From Minisyncoccota bacterium (GTDB taxonomy: Bacteria > Patescibacteriota > Minisyncoccia > Phycocordibacterales > JAQTLZ01), in assembly GCA_028714635.1 (NCBI GenBank), contig JAQTLZ010000003.1, positions 21,237-85,236 on the forward strand: DNA of 64,000 bases, given 5' to 3'. Below, one piece after another: positions 17,444 through 27,917 of this stretch. The notes beneath the pieces are model-generated. The model was not told the origin of the DNA and searched no databases. It worked only from the letters and a program-made list of their open reading frames with translations. Within the stretch, counting starts at the first letter, position 1; each line of letters begins with the position of its first letter. Both the position numbers and the translations under genes were made by a program.

Positions 17444-19198
17444 GTGAACCGCTTTCTACACTACCTTCTTGAAAAGGAATGGAAAATTCCTCGGGAAGAA
17501 AAAATTTCAAACGCGATCAGAAACTTTTCTCTTTTTGAAAGAGTTCTTTTGTATTGTTTCGTCGCTGTTTTTATTATTTCAGGTCTAGCGCTCTTAAATC
17601 AGGTAAGCAACGGAGTTTCAGTCGAAATACCTACCTATGGCGGAACTTTGACAGAAGGAGTGGTCGGAGTTCCTCGTTTTATAAACCCGCTTCTTGCAAC
17701 GGGAGATACTGACCGAGACCTCGTTTCCCTTATATATTCAGGGCTTTTAAAGGGAACTCCGGACGGAACATTGGCCCCAGACCTGGCAGAAAGCTATTCA
17801 ATTTCTCCTGACGGGCTTGTGTACACCTTTACGCTCAAAAAAGATCTGACATTCCAAGATGGAAGCCCCGTAACTTCCGATGATGTGGTATTTACCATCC
17901 AAAAAGCGCAATCTTCAACGCTCAAGAGTCCGAAGCGGGCGAATTGGGACGGAGTAAAAGTAGAAAAAACAAATGACAACACGATCACGCTCACTTTAAA
18001 ACAAGCTTACGCTCCTTTCCTTGAAAATGCGACGCTTGGAATTCTCCCGAAACATATTTGGAAAGATACCACTGATGAAGCGTTTCCTTTTAATACCGAC
18101 ACCGTGAACCCGATCGGTTCCGGACCATACAAAATAGATTCGATAGAAAAAGACAAAACTGGCACGCCGATCTCGTATACTCTTTCTGCATTCGAAAAAT
18201 ACGCCGGCGGCGAAGCATATATTTCAAAAATTATTTTTACATTTTATCAGAACGAAGACGATCTTCTTTCCGCATACAAATCGAACGAAATTGAAAGCGT
18301 AAACACGATCTCCCCAGAAAAAGTTGGTGATTTAAAATCGCTCGCCGGTATTGTGGAAACAAATCCCCTGCCAAGAATTTTTGGGGTATTTTTCAATCAA
18401 AATGAGGCTCCGATTTTTGCTGAAAAAGAAGTGCGAATGGCCTTAAATATGGCTACAGATAAGGATAAAATCGTAAATGATGTCCTCTTAGGATTTGGAA
18501 AAACAATTGATGGACCGATACCCCCGGGAACCATTCAAAACGCAATTTCCACATCAACTCAAAACACGAACACAGGAGATGTGGACAAGGCAAATGCGCT
18601 CCTTGAAAGTGCCGGTTGGAAAATAAATCCGGACACTCACATACGCGAGAAACAAAATAAAAAAAATATGCAAGTTCTCAGTTTTTCTTTGGCAACATCA
18701 AATACTCCTGAATTAAAAAAGACTGCGGAGCTCTTGAAAGAAGAATGGGGAAAGATCGGAGCGCATGTAGATATAAAAGTGTATGAACCGGGAGACTTGA
18801 GCCAAGAGGTCATCCGTCCAAGAAAATATGACGCGCTTCTTTTCGGAGAAATTGTCGGGCGAGATCTCGACCTCTTCGCATTTTGGCATTCTTCGCAACG
18901 AAATGATCCGGGACTCAATATTGCTCTTTATACTAATGTGAAAGCAGACAAAATTTTGGAACAGCTCCGAACCCTCTCTGATGAAAACCAAAAAATAGAT
19001 CTGTACAAGCAATTTGAAGGAGAATTGGCGAAAGACACCCCGGCAATATTCCTCTATGCCCCTGATTTTATCTATATCATTCCACAAAAAGTGCGCGGGT
19101 TTTCTATGGGAGAAGTGACCACTCCTAGCGAGAGATTCCTCACGGTTTCGAAGTGGTATATCAACACAGACAAAGTCTGGAAAATCTTTGTGAAATAA
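17444..19198 (+). CDS. Peptide/nickel ABC transporter substrate-binding protein (family 5), membrane anchored
   Basis: N-terminal TM; LAPDLAESY..YTFTLK..FQDG.P.TSDDV.FT and PIGSGPY motifs. Confidence 0.9.
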   Translation: MNRFLHYLLEKEWKIPREEKISNAIRNFSLFERVLLYCFVAVFIISGLALLNQVSNGVSVEIPTYGGTLTEGVVGVPRFINPLLATGDTDRDLVSLIYSGLLKGTPDGTLAPDLAESYSISPDGLVYTFTLKKDLTFQDGSPVTSDDVVFTIQKAQSSTLKSPKRANWDGVKVEKTNDNTITLTLKQAYAPFLENATLGILPKHIWKDTTDEAFPFNTDTVNPIGSGPYKIDSIEKDKTGTPISYTLSAFEKYAGGEAYISKIIFTFYQNEDDLLSAYKSNEIESVNTISPEKVGDLKSLAGIVETNPLPRIFGVFFNQNEAPIFAEKEVRMALNMATDKDKIVNDVLLGFGKTIDGPIPPGTIQNAISTSTQNTNTGDVDKANALLESAGWKINPDTHIREKQNKKNMQVLSFSLATSNTPELKKTAELLKEEWGKIGAHVDIKVYEPGDLSQEVIRPRKYDALLFGEIVGRDLDLFAFWHSSQRNDPGLNIALYTNVKADKILEQLRTLSDENQKIDLYKQFEGELAKDTPAIFLYAPDFIYIIPQKVRGFSMGEVTTPSERFLTVSKWYINTDKVWKIFVK

Positions 19199-19270
19199 GG
19201 CTTTTTTCACAAAGCACCCCCTTATTTTATTATTCATTATTATTTTTCTATTTATTAATTTATTTTATTT

Positions 19271-21199
19271 ATGACAGGAAAACCACTCTATCTTTCTGCC
19301 CTTGTCGATGACAAATCGGGAGAAACAAAAAATCCGCCGGAAATGAAAAAATCCGCGCCAGTTCAGCATGCTCAAAAAAACCGGCATACCCCGCAAGCAG
19401 GAGGATTCCGACAAGGAGGCCATGGCAAATCACGAGGAGCGCGCCACGGCGACCACAGACGCAGAATGCGGCCGTCCCAACCGCATATGGGTAAAGTTGC
19501 TGACGACAAAATTCCTCCGATTGGAGACGCGATTCGGGTGATTCCTCTCGGCGGAGTGGAAGAGATCGGCAAAAACATGATCGCAATTGAATATGGCGAT
19601 GATATTGTCGTCATTGATATGGGTTTCCAATTTAAGGACGAAAATACGCCTGGAATTGACTACATTTTGCCCAACACAAAGTATCTTGAAGAAAGGAAAG
19701 ACAAAGTGCGCGCAGTTATTATCACCCACGGACACCTCGACCACACCGGAGGAATTCCCTACCTTATGGAAAGAATTGGAAATCCCCCGCTCTATTCTCG
19801 CGCTTTAACGACAATCATGATCCGCAAGCGACTGGAAGAATTTCCCCATATTCCCAAGGTAGATATTCGCGTAGTTGAAAAAGAGGAGACAATCATGGCG
19901 GGAAAGCTCAAAATCCGCTTCTTTTCTGTGTCCCACACGATTCCTGACTCAATGGGAATCATTGTCGAAACACCGTACGGCGTCATCGTCGACCCGGGAG
20001 ATCCGAAACTTGACCATGTAGACGGCGTGCCAACAGAAGCAGAACAAAAAGAGTATTCAAAATTCGACAAAGAAAATGTGTTGATGCTCTTAAACGACTC
20101 GACCAACATCGAAAACCCAGGATTTTCTACTCCAGAAAGACTTGTGCACAAAAATCTCGAAGAAATTATCCGTTCGATCAAAGGACGCCTCATTATCGGT
20201 ACATTTGCGTCACAGCTCGAGCGAATCATGCACATTATTTTGTGCGCGGAGAGATTCGGCAAAAAAGTGGTGATTGAGGGACGAAGTATGAAAGGAAATG
20301 TTGAAGTAGCAAGGGCTTCAGGAATGCTCACCGTAAAACCAGAGACAATTATTCCTGTTGAAGAGATCGAAAACTACCCAGCAGATAGAATTGTCGTGCT
20401 TTCTACCGGTGCGCAAGGAGAAGAATTTGCCGCTCTTATGAGAATTTCTACAAAATCTCACAGACATTTGAAACTTCGAAAAGGTGATACAGTTCTGCTT
20501 TCTTCCTCGATTATTCCTGGAAACGAAAGAACAGTTCAGAAACTCAAGGACAATTTGACCCGACAAGGAGCAAAAATAATCCACTATCGAACCTCTGACG
20601 TCTATATTCACTCGACAGGACACGGAAACCGAGGCGAGCTCGAGTGGATGTTCAAGCATATTCATCCAAAATTCTTTATGCCGGTTCACGGACATCACTA
20701 CATGCTTCACTTGCACGCAGAGATGATCGAAAATCTCGGAATGCCGAAAGAAAATATTATTGTTCCAGATAATGGGACTATCGCCGAAATCCGGGACAAA
20801 GGCACAAAACTTGTCCGTTTGAAAGAAAAAGCGCCTTCAGGACTTGTGCTTGTCGACGGTTTCGCTATCGGAGACGTGCAGGAAGTAGTGCTACGAGACC
20901 GGCAGATGCTCGCGGAAGACGGAATGTTCGTCATCATTGCGACTGTTGATTCTCGAACGGGAAAACTGAAGAAATCTCCGGATATTATTTCCCGAGGATT
21001 CGTTTACTTGCGAGAATCGCAAGAACTCCTTCGCCTCGCCCGCATTATCATCAAAAAAACCGTGGAAGATTCTTCAAAAGGAATGAACCCAATCAATTTT
21101 GACTTCGTAAAGCAAAACGTGACCGAAGAAGTGGGGAAATTCCTCTTTCAAAAGACAGCAAAACATCCAATTGTTATCCCGGTACTACTCGGAGTATAA
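19271..21199 (+). CDS. rnj: Ribonuclease J
   Basis: IPLGGVEEIGKNM, THGHLDH (MBL fold), SHTIPD, STGAQGE, HSTGHG and PVHG motifs. Confidence 0.96.
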   Translation: MTGKPLYLSALVDDKSGETKNPPEMKKSAPVQHAQKNRHTPQAGGFRQGGHGKSRGARHGDHRRRMRPSQPHMGKVADDKIPPIGDAIRVIPLGGVEEIGKNMIAIEYGDDIVVIDMGFQFKDENTPGIDYILPNTKYLEERKDKVRAVIITHGHLDHTGGIPYLMERIGNPPLYSRALTTIMIRKRLEEFPHIPKVDIRVVEKEETIMAGKLKIRFFSVSHTIPDSMGIIVETPYGVIVDPGDPKLDHVDGVPTEAEQKEYSKFDKENVLMLLNDSTNIENPGFSTPERLVHKNLEEIIRSIKGRLIIGTFASQLERIMHIILCAERFGKKVVIEGRSMKGNVEVARASGMLTVKPETIIPVEEIENYPADRIVVLSTGAQGEEFAALMRISTKSHRHLKLRKGDTVLLSSSIIPGNERTVQKLKDNLTRQGAKIIHYRTSDVYIHSTGHGNRGELEWMFKHIHPKFFMPVHGHHYMLHLHAEMIENLGMPKENIIVPDNGTIAEIRDKGTKLVRLKEKAPSGLVLVDGFAIGDVQEVVLRDRQMLAEDGMFVIIATVDSRTGKLKKSPDIISRGFVYLRESQELLRLARIIIKKTVEDSSKGMNPINFDFVKQNVTEEVGKFLFQKTAKHPIVIPVLLGV

Positions 21200-21236
21200 T
21201 TGAAACGAGTAGAAATTTATTATTTATTTAAAAACC

Positions 21237-21779
21237 ATGGATACAAACACAAGTGGGAATGTGCCACAAGCAAGTGCGCCCAAGTCTAGAAAGAATCTTA
21301 TTATCATTATTCTCGTCTTACTTGTTGTTCTCTTCTTGGGAGGCAAAGTGCTTGGATTTCTGGGAAGAAATGCCGCAAAGCAGGCGATAGAACAAGCAAC
21401 GGACGGAAATATAAGCGGAGATGGTACTTCTGGAACAATCACAACAAAAGATGGCAGCGTATCGTACGGAACTAATTCCCTGCCGACAGATTGGCCGACT
21501 GATGTGCCTGTCTATACAAACGGAACTATCCAATACAGCGCTTCTTCAAATCAAAGCGGTCAAACAGGAAAAGCTGTCGTAATTCTTTCTCCTGATTCTG
21601 TCGCAACGGTAAAAAGCTATTACACAAGCGCACTTCCTCAAAATGGATGGACAATTAAGGGCACTCAAGAAGCTAACGGAGCGACGGTTATCGTGGCAGA
21701 GAAAAGCGGACGAAATCTTTCTCTCTCGATAGTTGGCTCTTCAGAAGGAACACAAATTACTCTTGGAACAGATAAATAG
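21237..21779 (+). CDS. Hypothetical membrane-anchored exported protein
   Basis: Single N-terminal TM, then an LPTDWPTDVPVY...YYTSALPQNGW domain; ends just before a terminator. Confidence 0.75.
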   Translation: MDTNTSGNVPQASAPKSRKNLIIIILVLLVVLFLGGKVLGFLGRNAAKQAIEQATDGNISGDGTSGTITTKDGSVSYGTNSLPTDWPTDVPVYTNGTIQYSASSNQSGQTGKAVVILSPDSVATVKSYYTSALPQNGWTIKGTQEANGATVIVAEKSGRNLSLSIVGSSEGTQITLGTDK

Positions 21780-21784
21780 TGCTC

Positions 21785-21940
21785 GGAACATCCTTACAAA
21801 GACAGCAGAAAAAAGCCCCAGCGGGCTTTTTTCCTTATCCTCGACGGTTTCCACTGTGGTATAGTTTTGCCCCAAAGGCAAAATTACACCACATCGGACC
21901 AAGCAAACTCCCCTGCGGACTGTCTTTGTAAGGATGTTCC
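21785..21940. mobile_element. 156-bp MITE-like or invertible segment with perfect 21-bp terminal inverted repeats
   Basis: ggaacatccttacaaagacag (21785-21805) and its exact reverse complement (21920-21940). Both ends are flanked by tc. Confidence 0.55.
21808..21833. terminator. Rho-independent terminator inside the 21-bp IR element
   Basis: gaaaaaagccc-cagc-gggcttttttc. Confidence 0.8.
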
Positions 21941-21970
21941 TCGTTTACACCTAGCGTGGGGACAACATTT

Positions 21971-21999
21971 TTGAGACCGAAGAGTATTGGCAGTATAAT
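21971..21999 (+). promoter_or_regulatory. Sigma70-type promoter of the MFS gene (leaderless)
   Basis: TTGAGA-17 bp-TATAAT; the ATG at 22007 is 7 nt downstream. Confidence 0.7.
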
Positions 22000-22006
22000 A
22001 AAGCGC

Positions 22007-23179
22007 ATGAGACACGTAATAGCCCACCTGAAAAAGGAGAAATATTTTAGCTATATATACCTCTGTGCTTTTCTCCTCTCTCTCCACTACGCTTTTGTTT
22101 TATATATAAACTCAAGTTTTCTCGAACAGTTTCTTTCAACTCAAACGATAGCATTTCTTTTCATTGGAAGTGCTCTCATTAACATCACCATCCTTCTCAA
22201 TATCACGACACTCCTCCGTCGATTCGGGAATTGGAGACTTATGCTTTCATTCCTCGTGCTTGAGATGATAGGAATGCTTGGGATGTCCCTCTCTACAAAT
22301 GGAGCGAGCGCAAGCATCTCATTCCTCGTCTTTGGAAGCATGGCATCCATCCTCCTTTTTAATTTGGATATTTTTCTCGAGACAGAAATCAAAACAGAGA
22401 CACATACGGGCGGAATTAGGGGAATTTTCCTCACTATGTGCAATCTGGCCTTCGTCCTTTCCCCGTTCGTGGTCGGCCATCTGATCGGAGAAAATAATTA
22501 CACGAGCGTTTATACGCTTTCATTTATCTTTCTTTTGCTTCTCCTTCCTATCATCATGTCGAAATTTAAAGGATTTAAGGACCCCGACTACTCTCCCATG
22601 CACGTAGGAAACGCTCTCTCGCATTTCAAAGGAAACGGCAATCTATTCCATATTTATGTGACGAATTTTCTCCTGCATTTTTTCTATGCAGTCATGATTA
22701 TATACACACCGATCTATCTGCATCAATATATCGGTTTTTCATGGGGAACGATCGGAGAGATGTTTAGTATCATGCTTATTCCGTTCATTCTTTTCCAAAT
22801 TCCCGGGGGAGAAATTTCAGATCATTTCGGCGAAAAAGGCATCCTCATCGTGGGGCTCATTGTTATGGCTATCTCAACCCTTTTCCTCTCTTTTATCGGT
22901 CAAAACGTGGTAGCGTGGACGATACTTCTGTTTTTCACCAGATGCGGAGCATCGCTCGTAGAAATTATGACTGAAACATATTTTTTCAAGCACGTAAAAG
23001 GAAAAAACTCCAATGTCATCGGCTTTTTCAGGACAGCAAGTCCCCTCTCTTTCGTTATTACTCCGATCGTGGCGACGCTCTTTTTGCTTCTTTTTCCAAT
23101 GCAATACCTCTACCTTCTTGTAGGCGTTATGCTCCTTCTCGGAATTCAGTTCGCTTACAGTATAAAAGATACTATCTAG
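22007..23179 (+). CDS. MFS transporter
   Basis: About 12 hydrophobic segments and GEISDHFGEK (MFS motif A-like). Start at ATG 22007 chosen from the promoter position. Confidence 0.85.
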   Translation: MRHVIAHLKKEKYFSYIYLCAFLLSLHYAFVLYINSSFLEQFLSTQTIAFLFIGSALINITILLNITTLLRRFGNWRLMLSFLVLEMIGMLGMSLSTNGASASISFLVFGSMASILLFNLDIFLETEIKTETHTGGIRGIFLTMCNLAFVLSPFVVGHLIGENNYTSVYTLSFIFLLLLLPIIMSKFKGFKDPDYSPMHVGNALSHFKGNGNLFHIYVTNFLLHFFYAVMIIYTPIYLHQYIGFSWGTIGEMFSIMLIPFILFQIPGGEISDHFGEKGILIVGLIVMAISTLFLSFIGQNVVAWTILLFFTRCGASLVEIMTETYFFKHVKGKNSNVIGFFRTASPLSFVITPIVATLFLLLFPMQYLYLLVGVMLLLGIQFAYSIKDTI

Positions 23180-23183
23180 AAAT

Positions 23184-24140
23184 TTATATTGCAGCTTTTT
23201 GTCTGCAAGCGTTCGAAGTCCTGACTCCCTCGTTATAGGTTGCGGCATCAGCTTGTCTTGTGTCGATAAGAGCGTCGTACTTCGTAACGAGAGCGTTGTA
23301 TTCGACTACTTTTTTGTTGTATGTTGAATCGTCAGATGCAGCATCTATTTCCGCCTTTTTTGCTTTAAGCATTTTTTCCAAGCTGGCAATCTGCGCATCC
23401 AGAGATTTAATTTCCGCTTTCAGGGTAATGGAAGGCTCTGGACAAGCCGAAGAGGGCAAACCAAAACTCTGCACCGCTATCCACGTTTCCTGCCCCTCAT
23501 AGAGGCCTTTCCCGACAGCTACCCCAATTTCTTTGTATTTTGGCTGCAAAATATTCTCTTTGTGTCCGGGAGATGCCATCCATGCGGCAATAAGCGTCGC
23601 GTCATCCTTAAAATTTCCAAGCGCGAGATTCTCTCCTACAATGATGTAATCGTAGCCGACACTTTTCGCCAGATCTCCCGGTCCTACTCCGGACGGAGAG
23701 ACGTGTTCAAAATATTGTTTTGCAAACATATCCTGCATTTTTTTCTGAGCATCGGCATCAAGAAGAGCGTTTTCTTTGAGTAAAGATAAGGAAACTTTCG
23801 CTCTTTCAGCATTGGTAAGGGAGATAACTCCGCTTCGCGTAAGATTTCCAGTCTCCTTGCTTGATGCGACCCGAAGCGGAGAAGGAGCAAAAATTTTCTC
23901 GGAGAGGTTTTGGAGCGCAGGAATAATACTAAGCGGAGAAGCGGATTTTGAAGCGCTTGGATTTTCTGTTTTCTTGTTTTCTGTCTGGCCTAAAAATGAC
24001 AGAACTTTTTCGGGAACAAGCGCGCGGACGTTATCTACTGCCTTATTAAGGCGCGCCCAGGAAAGCGGAATGCGGAGAAAATATGCAAGGATGAGAATAA
24101 GGAGAACAATCGAGAGAAGGAATTTTATAAATTTCCACAT
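23184..24140 (-). CDS. CAP/SCP-domain exported protein with C-terminal coiled coil
   Basis: TNAERAK, YFEHVSP, GENLA, WMASPGHKENIL and IGVAV motifs; N-terminal TM. Confidence 0.9.
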   Translation of the reverse strand: MWKFIKFLLSIVLLILILAYFLRIPLSWARLNKAVDNVRALVPEKVLSFLGQTENKKTENPSASKSASPLSIIPALQNLSEKIFAPSPLRVASSKETGNLTRSGVISLTNAERAKVSLSLLKENALLDADAQKKMQDMFAKQYFEHVSPSGVGPGDLAKSVGYDYIIVGENLALGNFKDDATLIAAWMASPGHKENILQPKYKEIGVAVGKGLYEGQETWIAVQSFGLPSSACPEPSITLKAEIKSLDAQIASLEKMLKAKKAEIDAASDDSTYNKKVVEYNALVTKYDALIDTRQADAATYNEGVRTSNACRQKAAI

Positions 24141-24193
24141 GACATTTTATTGGACATATTATATTCCAATATAATACAAAGAGAAAGGGAAAC

Positions 24194-24883
24194 TTATGAG
24201 TGTATTCGAGTGCCTTTAAACGGTTCTCCTTTCAAATATGCGTCGAGATTGATGAGATTATTGCCGTTCATAACCACAACTTCCAAGCCAAAATTTTCAG
24301 CTTCTTTTGCGGCGATAGGGTCAAACGGAGAGCTCATTCCCGGCTCCCACTTTTCCGGAATAATCTTTCGAAATTCCGCCCAAGAAATATCTTCGATTAT
24401 TTTTGCGTTGGGATTTTTTCTCGGATCTTTATCGTACACATAGTTGATATTCGAAAGATTAACAAGCTTATTTGCTCCGATATTTTTAGCGATAAGGACC
24501 GCATCTTCATCGGTACTGCAACCAGGTTCGTATCCCGCTCCTATAAGCACCGCTTCTTTGAAATCAACGGGAGTGCTTGGGTTATCTACAACATGCGGAT
24601 GCGAAAGGGGTGCGAATATGGCACGCAAAAGTTCAGCATTCAGTTTGGTCGCTCCAATTCCAACCCAGTCCGCGTCAGAAGCGCTTACTTCCGGAGAAAT
24701 TGCTCGCGCTGCTTCTTGATAATTTCGAGCAGTTTTTCCTCCTCCAGCAATAACAGCAAAACGAGTGCCGTTTTGAGTATGTCGAACAATAAGTTCCTTG
24801 AATTTCTTTATAAAATCCACATCGATCTGATGCGGGACAAGAATCGAACCGCCGACAGAGATAATAATTGGGCTTTTATCCAT
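24194..24883 (-). CDS. pyrH: UMP kinase (archaeal-type)
   Basis: ISVGGS, GGGKTARNY, PGCSTDEDA, VYDKDP and PFDPIA motifs. Confidence 0.92.
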   Translation of the reverse strand: MDKSPIIISVGGSILVPHQIDVDFIKKFKELIVRHTQNGTRFAVIAGGGKTARNYQEAARAISPEVSASDADWVGIGATKLNAELLRAIFAPLSHPHVVDNPSTPVDFKEAVLIGAGYEPGCSTDEDAVLIAKNIGANKLVNLSNINYVYDKDPRKNPNAKIIEDISWAEFRKIIPEKWEPGMSSPFDPIAAKEAENFGLEVVVMNGNNLINLDAYLKGEPFKGTRIHS

Positions 24884-24916
24884 GGCTCATATAGTAGCAA
24901 AAGAAAATCTTTGAAG

Positions 24917-25483
24917 CTAGTTTCTGCCTCTCAAAGCCTCTCCGTCTCGGATGACAATGATTTTCTCTCCTTCGAAACGGATTACCGCCGAAGGTCTCCC
25001 GTTCAGAACTCCCCCGTCTTCGTAAAAATCAGCTTTTTCGCCAAAATATTTTTTTGCTTCATCGATCGTCCTAGCCGGAAGAAAGTCCTGCGGATTCGCG
25101 CTTGGAGCAACCAGAGGACCCGTTTTTTTCAAAATTTTTAGTAAGTTTCCGTCTTGAGGTAACCGAAAAGCCAGTGACTTTCCTCCGCGATGAAGATACG
25201 CGAATTTTTCATCAGCCACACCGAAAATAATGCTTACTTTTCCAGGCCAGAATCCGAGAATTTGTTCTCGCAGCTTTTCTGAAAGAACCACGCCGAACTT
25301 TTCCACGTCATCAATCGAGGAAATAAGTATAATGCACGGCTTATCTTTGTCTCTTTGCCGCAATTCATAGATCCTCTCGACGGCTTTCGCAGATATGGCG
25401 GAGCCGACAAGCCCATAAAGAGTATCGGTCGGAATTATTCCAACGCCGTCATTTTTAAGAATAGAAATATAATCCTCCTTCAT
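24917..25483 (-). CDS. tsaC: L-threonylcarbamoyladenylate synthase (Sua5/YrdC/TsaC)
   Basis: PTDTLYGL, R...KP, FWPG and APSAN motifs. Confidence 0.92.
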   Translation of the reverse strand: MKEDYISILKNDGVGIIPTDTLYGLVGSAISAKAVERIYELRQRDKDKPCIILISSIDDVEKFGVVLSEKLREQILGFWPGKVSIIFGVADEKFAYLHRGGKSLAFRLPQDGNLLKILKKTGPLVAPSANPQDFLPARTIDEAKKYFGEKADFYEDGGVLNGRPSAVIRFEGEKIIVIRDGEALRGRN

Positions 25484-26121
25484 ACGTCAAGATGAGCATG
25501 ATCATTCCAGACAAGAAGTTTCCAGCCTTTTGTTTTCAAATCCTTTTTTCCCGGATCATACTCGACAACCGTGATCCCAGTATTTTTTGTTGCGAAAAAA
25601 GCTCCGAATTTAGAGAAAGTGGGCAAAGTCAATTCTTCATCTAAAAGAGCGAGAGCCACGCACATCCGAAGAAGCCGGGCGTGTGTCACGACAAGAAGAT
25701 GCTCTGCTTTCGTATTTTTGAAGAGATCAATCGCTTTGCGGGCGCGGGATTTCAGATCAGAAAAACTTTCCTCATCCGAATAATGCCAGTCTTCATTCAA
25801 ATTTCCTTTGACTTGGCTCCAAATTTTTTGATAAGACTCGTCTTCGAGCGATTTTCCAATAAGTTCCGATGGGACTTTCCATTCAGTGATAAGGTCTGAA
25901 TATTCGATCTCTTTCCCAATCACTTTCGCTATGATTTCGGCCGTTTCTTTTGTGCGAACATAGGTGCTCGAAAAAATCCTATCAATCGGAATTTTCTTGA
26001 GACGTTTCCCCACAGATTGAGCTTGTTTCTTGCCAGTTTCTGTAAGAGGATCGTTGGGGCCTTGGCACAGCCGCGCTTTATCAGCAACATCCTCGCCATG
26101 GCGCACAAAATATATCTTCAT
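25480..26121 (-). CDS. Histidine phosphatase family protein
   Basis: FVRHGE, LT..G..QA, R.KETA and LVVTH motifs. Confidence 0.9.
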   Translation of the reverse strand: MKIYFVRHGEDVADKARLCQGPNDPLTETGKKQAQSVGKRLKKIPIDRIFSSTYVRTKETAEIIAKVIGKEIEYSDLITEWKVPSELIGKSLEDESYQKIWSQVKGNLNEDWHYSDEESFSDLKSRARKAIDLFKNTKAEHLLVVTHARLLRMCVALALLDEELTLPTFSKFGAFFATKNTGITVVEYDPGKKDLKTKGWKLLVWNDHAHLDV

Positions 26122-26945
26122 TTCGAAATTGTAAGCTTTTGGCGAAGATACGCAAGTGATCCGATAAGACCCCCCGAATCGGCAAGCTCCGCTTTTTTTA
26201 TAGCCGGTACAGATGGAAAAGCTTTGAGGAGCTCTCCGACATGTTTCGCGACATTCTCCACCGATATGCCCACTTTCTTTACCACCATGCTCCCTCCGAT
26301 AACAACGACATCTGGTGACCAGAAGAGAAGTGCATTATGAACACCGACAGCCGCGATTTTTTCAACACCCTCCCACACTTTAGGATCTGTAATCTCGCCT
26401 GGATGCTTGCCATATTTTTCCTGTACGGCCACGCCGTCGATCAGCTCTCCAAGAGATTTATTATTCACGTAATCAATAATTTGATAGCCAGGTTCAAAAT
26501 TAAAATGAGCCTTGTCAATCTTTCCTTCAACAATCCGGCACCCCCCAACACCAGTCGATACGGTTATGTAGGTTACAATAGGAAATCCTCTCCCCGCCCC
26601 CTCCGTCGCTTCACCAAGACCAACCATAGCGGTATCATTTTCAATAAAAACAAAAGATTTTGTGATATCGGCGATAGTCTCATGGAGGGGCTTGCTAACC
26701 CAACCTTGGAGATGCTTGCAGACCATGAGTCGTTCATGCCTTTCATCGAAAGTTCCAGGCATGCCGCCAGCCACAGCTAAGATTTTTTCTCCCTGAGAGA
26801 TTTTTTCTACCGCACCGCGAAACAAATCTCCCATTTTAGAAAAATCCTGCGGAGTATCTACGACAACAGGTTCGAGAAGTGTTTTGCCGTCCTTCGAACC
26901 AGCAATGCGCATTTTTGTTCCCCCAATATCAAATACAATATACAT
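26118..26945 (-). CDS. ROK family sugar kinase
   Basis: FDIGGTK, IENDT and TVSTGVGG motifs. Confidence 0.9.
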   Translation of the reverse strand: MYIVFDIGGTKMRIAGSKDGKTLLEPVVVDTPQDFSKMGDLFRGAVEKISQGEKILAVAGGMPGTFDERHERLMVCKHLQGWVSKPLHETIADITKSFVFIENDTAMVGLGEATEGAGRGFPIVTYITVSTGVGGCRIVEGKIDKAHFNFEPGYQIIDYVNNKSLGELIDGVAVQEKYGKHPGEITDPKVWEGVEKIAAVGVHNALLFWSPDVVVIGGSMVVKKVGISVENVAKHVGELLKAFPSVPAIKKAELADSGGLIGSLAYLRQKLTISK

Positions 26946-26947
26946 AT

Positions 26948-27913
26948 TTATGAGATGAGCTTTTTAAATTCTTCTACCATCGGGACCTGTTCCGCTTCTA
27001 CTCCATACAACATTGCCGTGTGATATGCGGTCCAATCGGCAAGTAAAAGCGAACTGAAAACTTTCTCGCTTCTCGTCGCACCGGAAAGCGGATATTCATA
27101 TACAACAATTCCGCGGTCTTCATACAGTTTTTTTGTGACCTTAAATCGCTTGCGGTTTTGCGGATGGTCAGCATCATCAGACAAAAAGAGAAAGACGAAT
27201 TTTTCAGAGAGCGATTTCGTCTTTCCCGCTCGATCAAATCCTGTCATCTCATTATGATTCAATTCCGGAAAAACGTTGCAAAATGAGGGTATTTTACCCG
27301 TTTCGTTGAGTTTTATTTTCCAGTTGTAAGCAACGGACATATTCTTGTCAGAGGCATAAATAACAGGCACTGACCCAGAAAGTTTTTTCGCTAACTCTTT
27401 CCCTTTTGTTTCGAGAGCCTTCGGATCAAGCTTTGTCGCGAGAGTATTGAGTTCTTTGAGCAATTTTTTATTCCCCAAAAGCGTGACGAGAGCAAGCAAA
27501 GAAAAACCAAGAGCGCTTCTTGGTTGAATTCCAGTGTCCGGCAAAACAATTCTCGGAATATCATTTTTCTCAGCAAATTGGATGAGCTTTCCCCCGACAG
27601 CTATGACCGCAAGATTCAAACCCTTGTCGAAGGCGGTCTTTGCGAAATCAATTGTTTCTTCTGTGTTTCCAGAATAGGAAGATGCAATATAGAGAGTCTC
27701 GCTTCTTTGAGCTTCAGTATAAAAAGGCAATCCATAATTTCTATGAATCGTTATGGGAATTTCAACATCGAGCGCAGATAAAAGATCCGCCGAAAGATGC
27801 GAACCTCCCATTCCCCCTACTACTACCTGTCCAAACACCTGTAATTTATCCTCATCCTCTATCTTTGGCTTCCAAGCAAACTGTTTTGCAAAATCTCGAA
27901 TTGCTTTGTCCAT
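26948..27913 (-). CDS. Bifunctional phosphoglucose/phosphomannose isomerase (SIS domains)
   Basis: GMGGS, SYSGNTEET, QPR, NETGK and PELNHNE motifs. Confidence 0.93.
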   Translation of the reverse strand: MDKAIRDFAKQFAWKPKIEDEDKLQVFGQVVVGGMGGSHLSADLLSALDVEIPITIHRNYGLPFYTEAQRSETLYIASSYSGNTEETIDFAKTAFDKGLNLAVIAVGGKLIQFAEKNDIPRIVLPDTGIQPRSALGFSLLALVTLLGNKKLLKELNTLATKLDPKALETKGKELAKKLSGSVPVIYASDKNMSVAYNWKIKLNETGKIPSFCNVFPELNHNEMTGFDRAGKTKSLSEKFVFLFLSDDADHPQNRKRFKVTKKLYEDRGIVVYEYPLSGATRSEKVFSSLLLADWTAYHTAMLYGVEAEQVPMVEEFKKLIS

Positions 27914-27917
27914 GTTT

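Noticed and set aside
24200-25141. 313-aa plus-strand ORF
   Set aside because: Antisense to pyrH and tsaC; no motifs.
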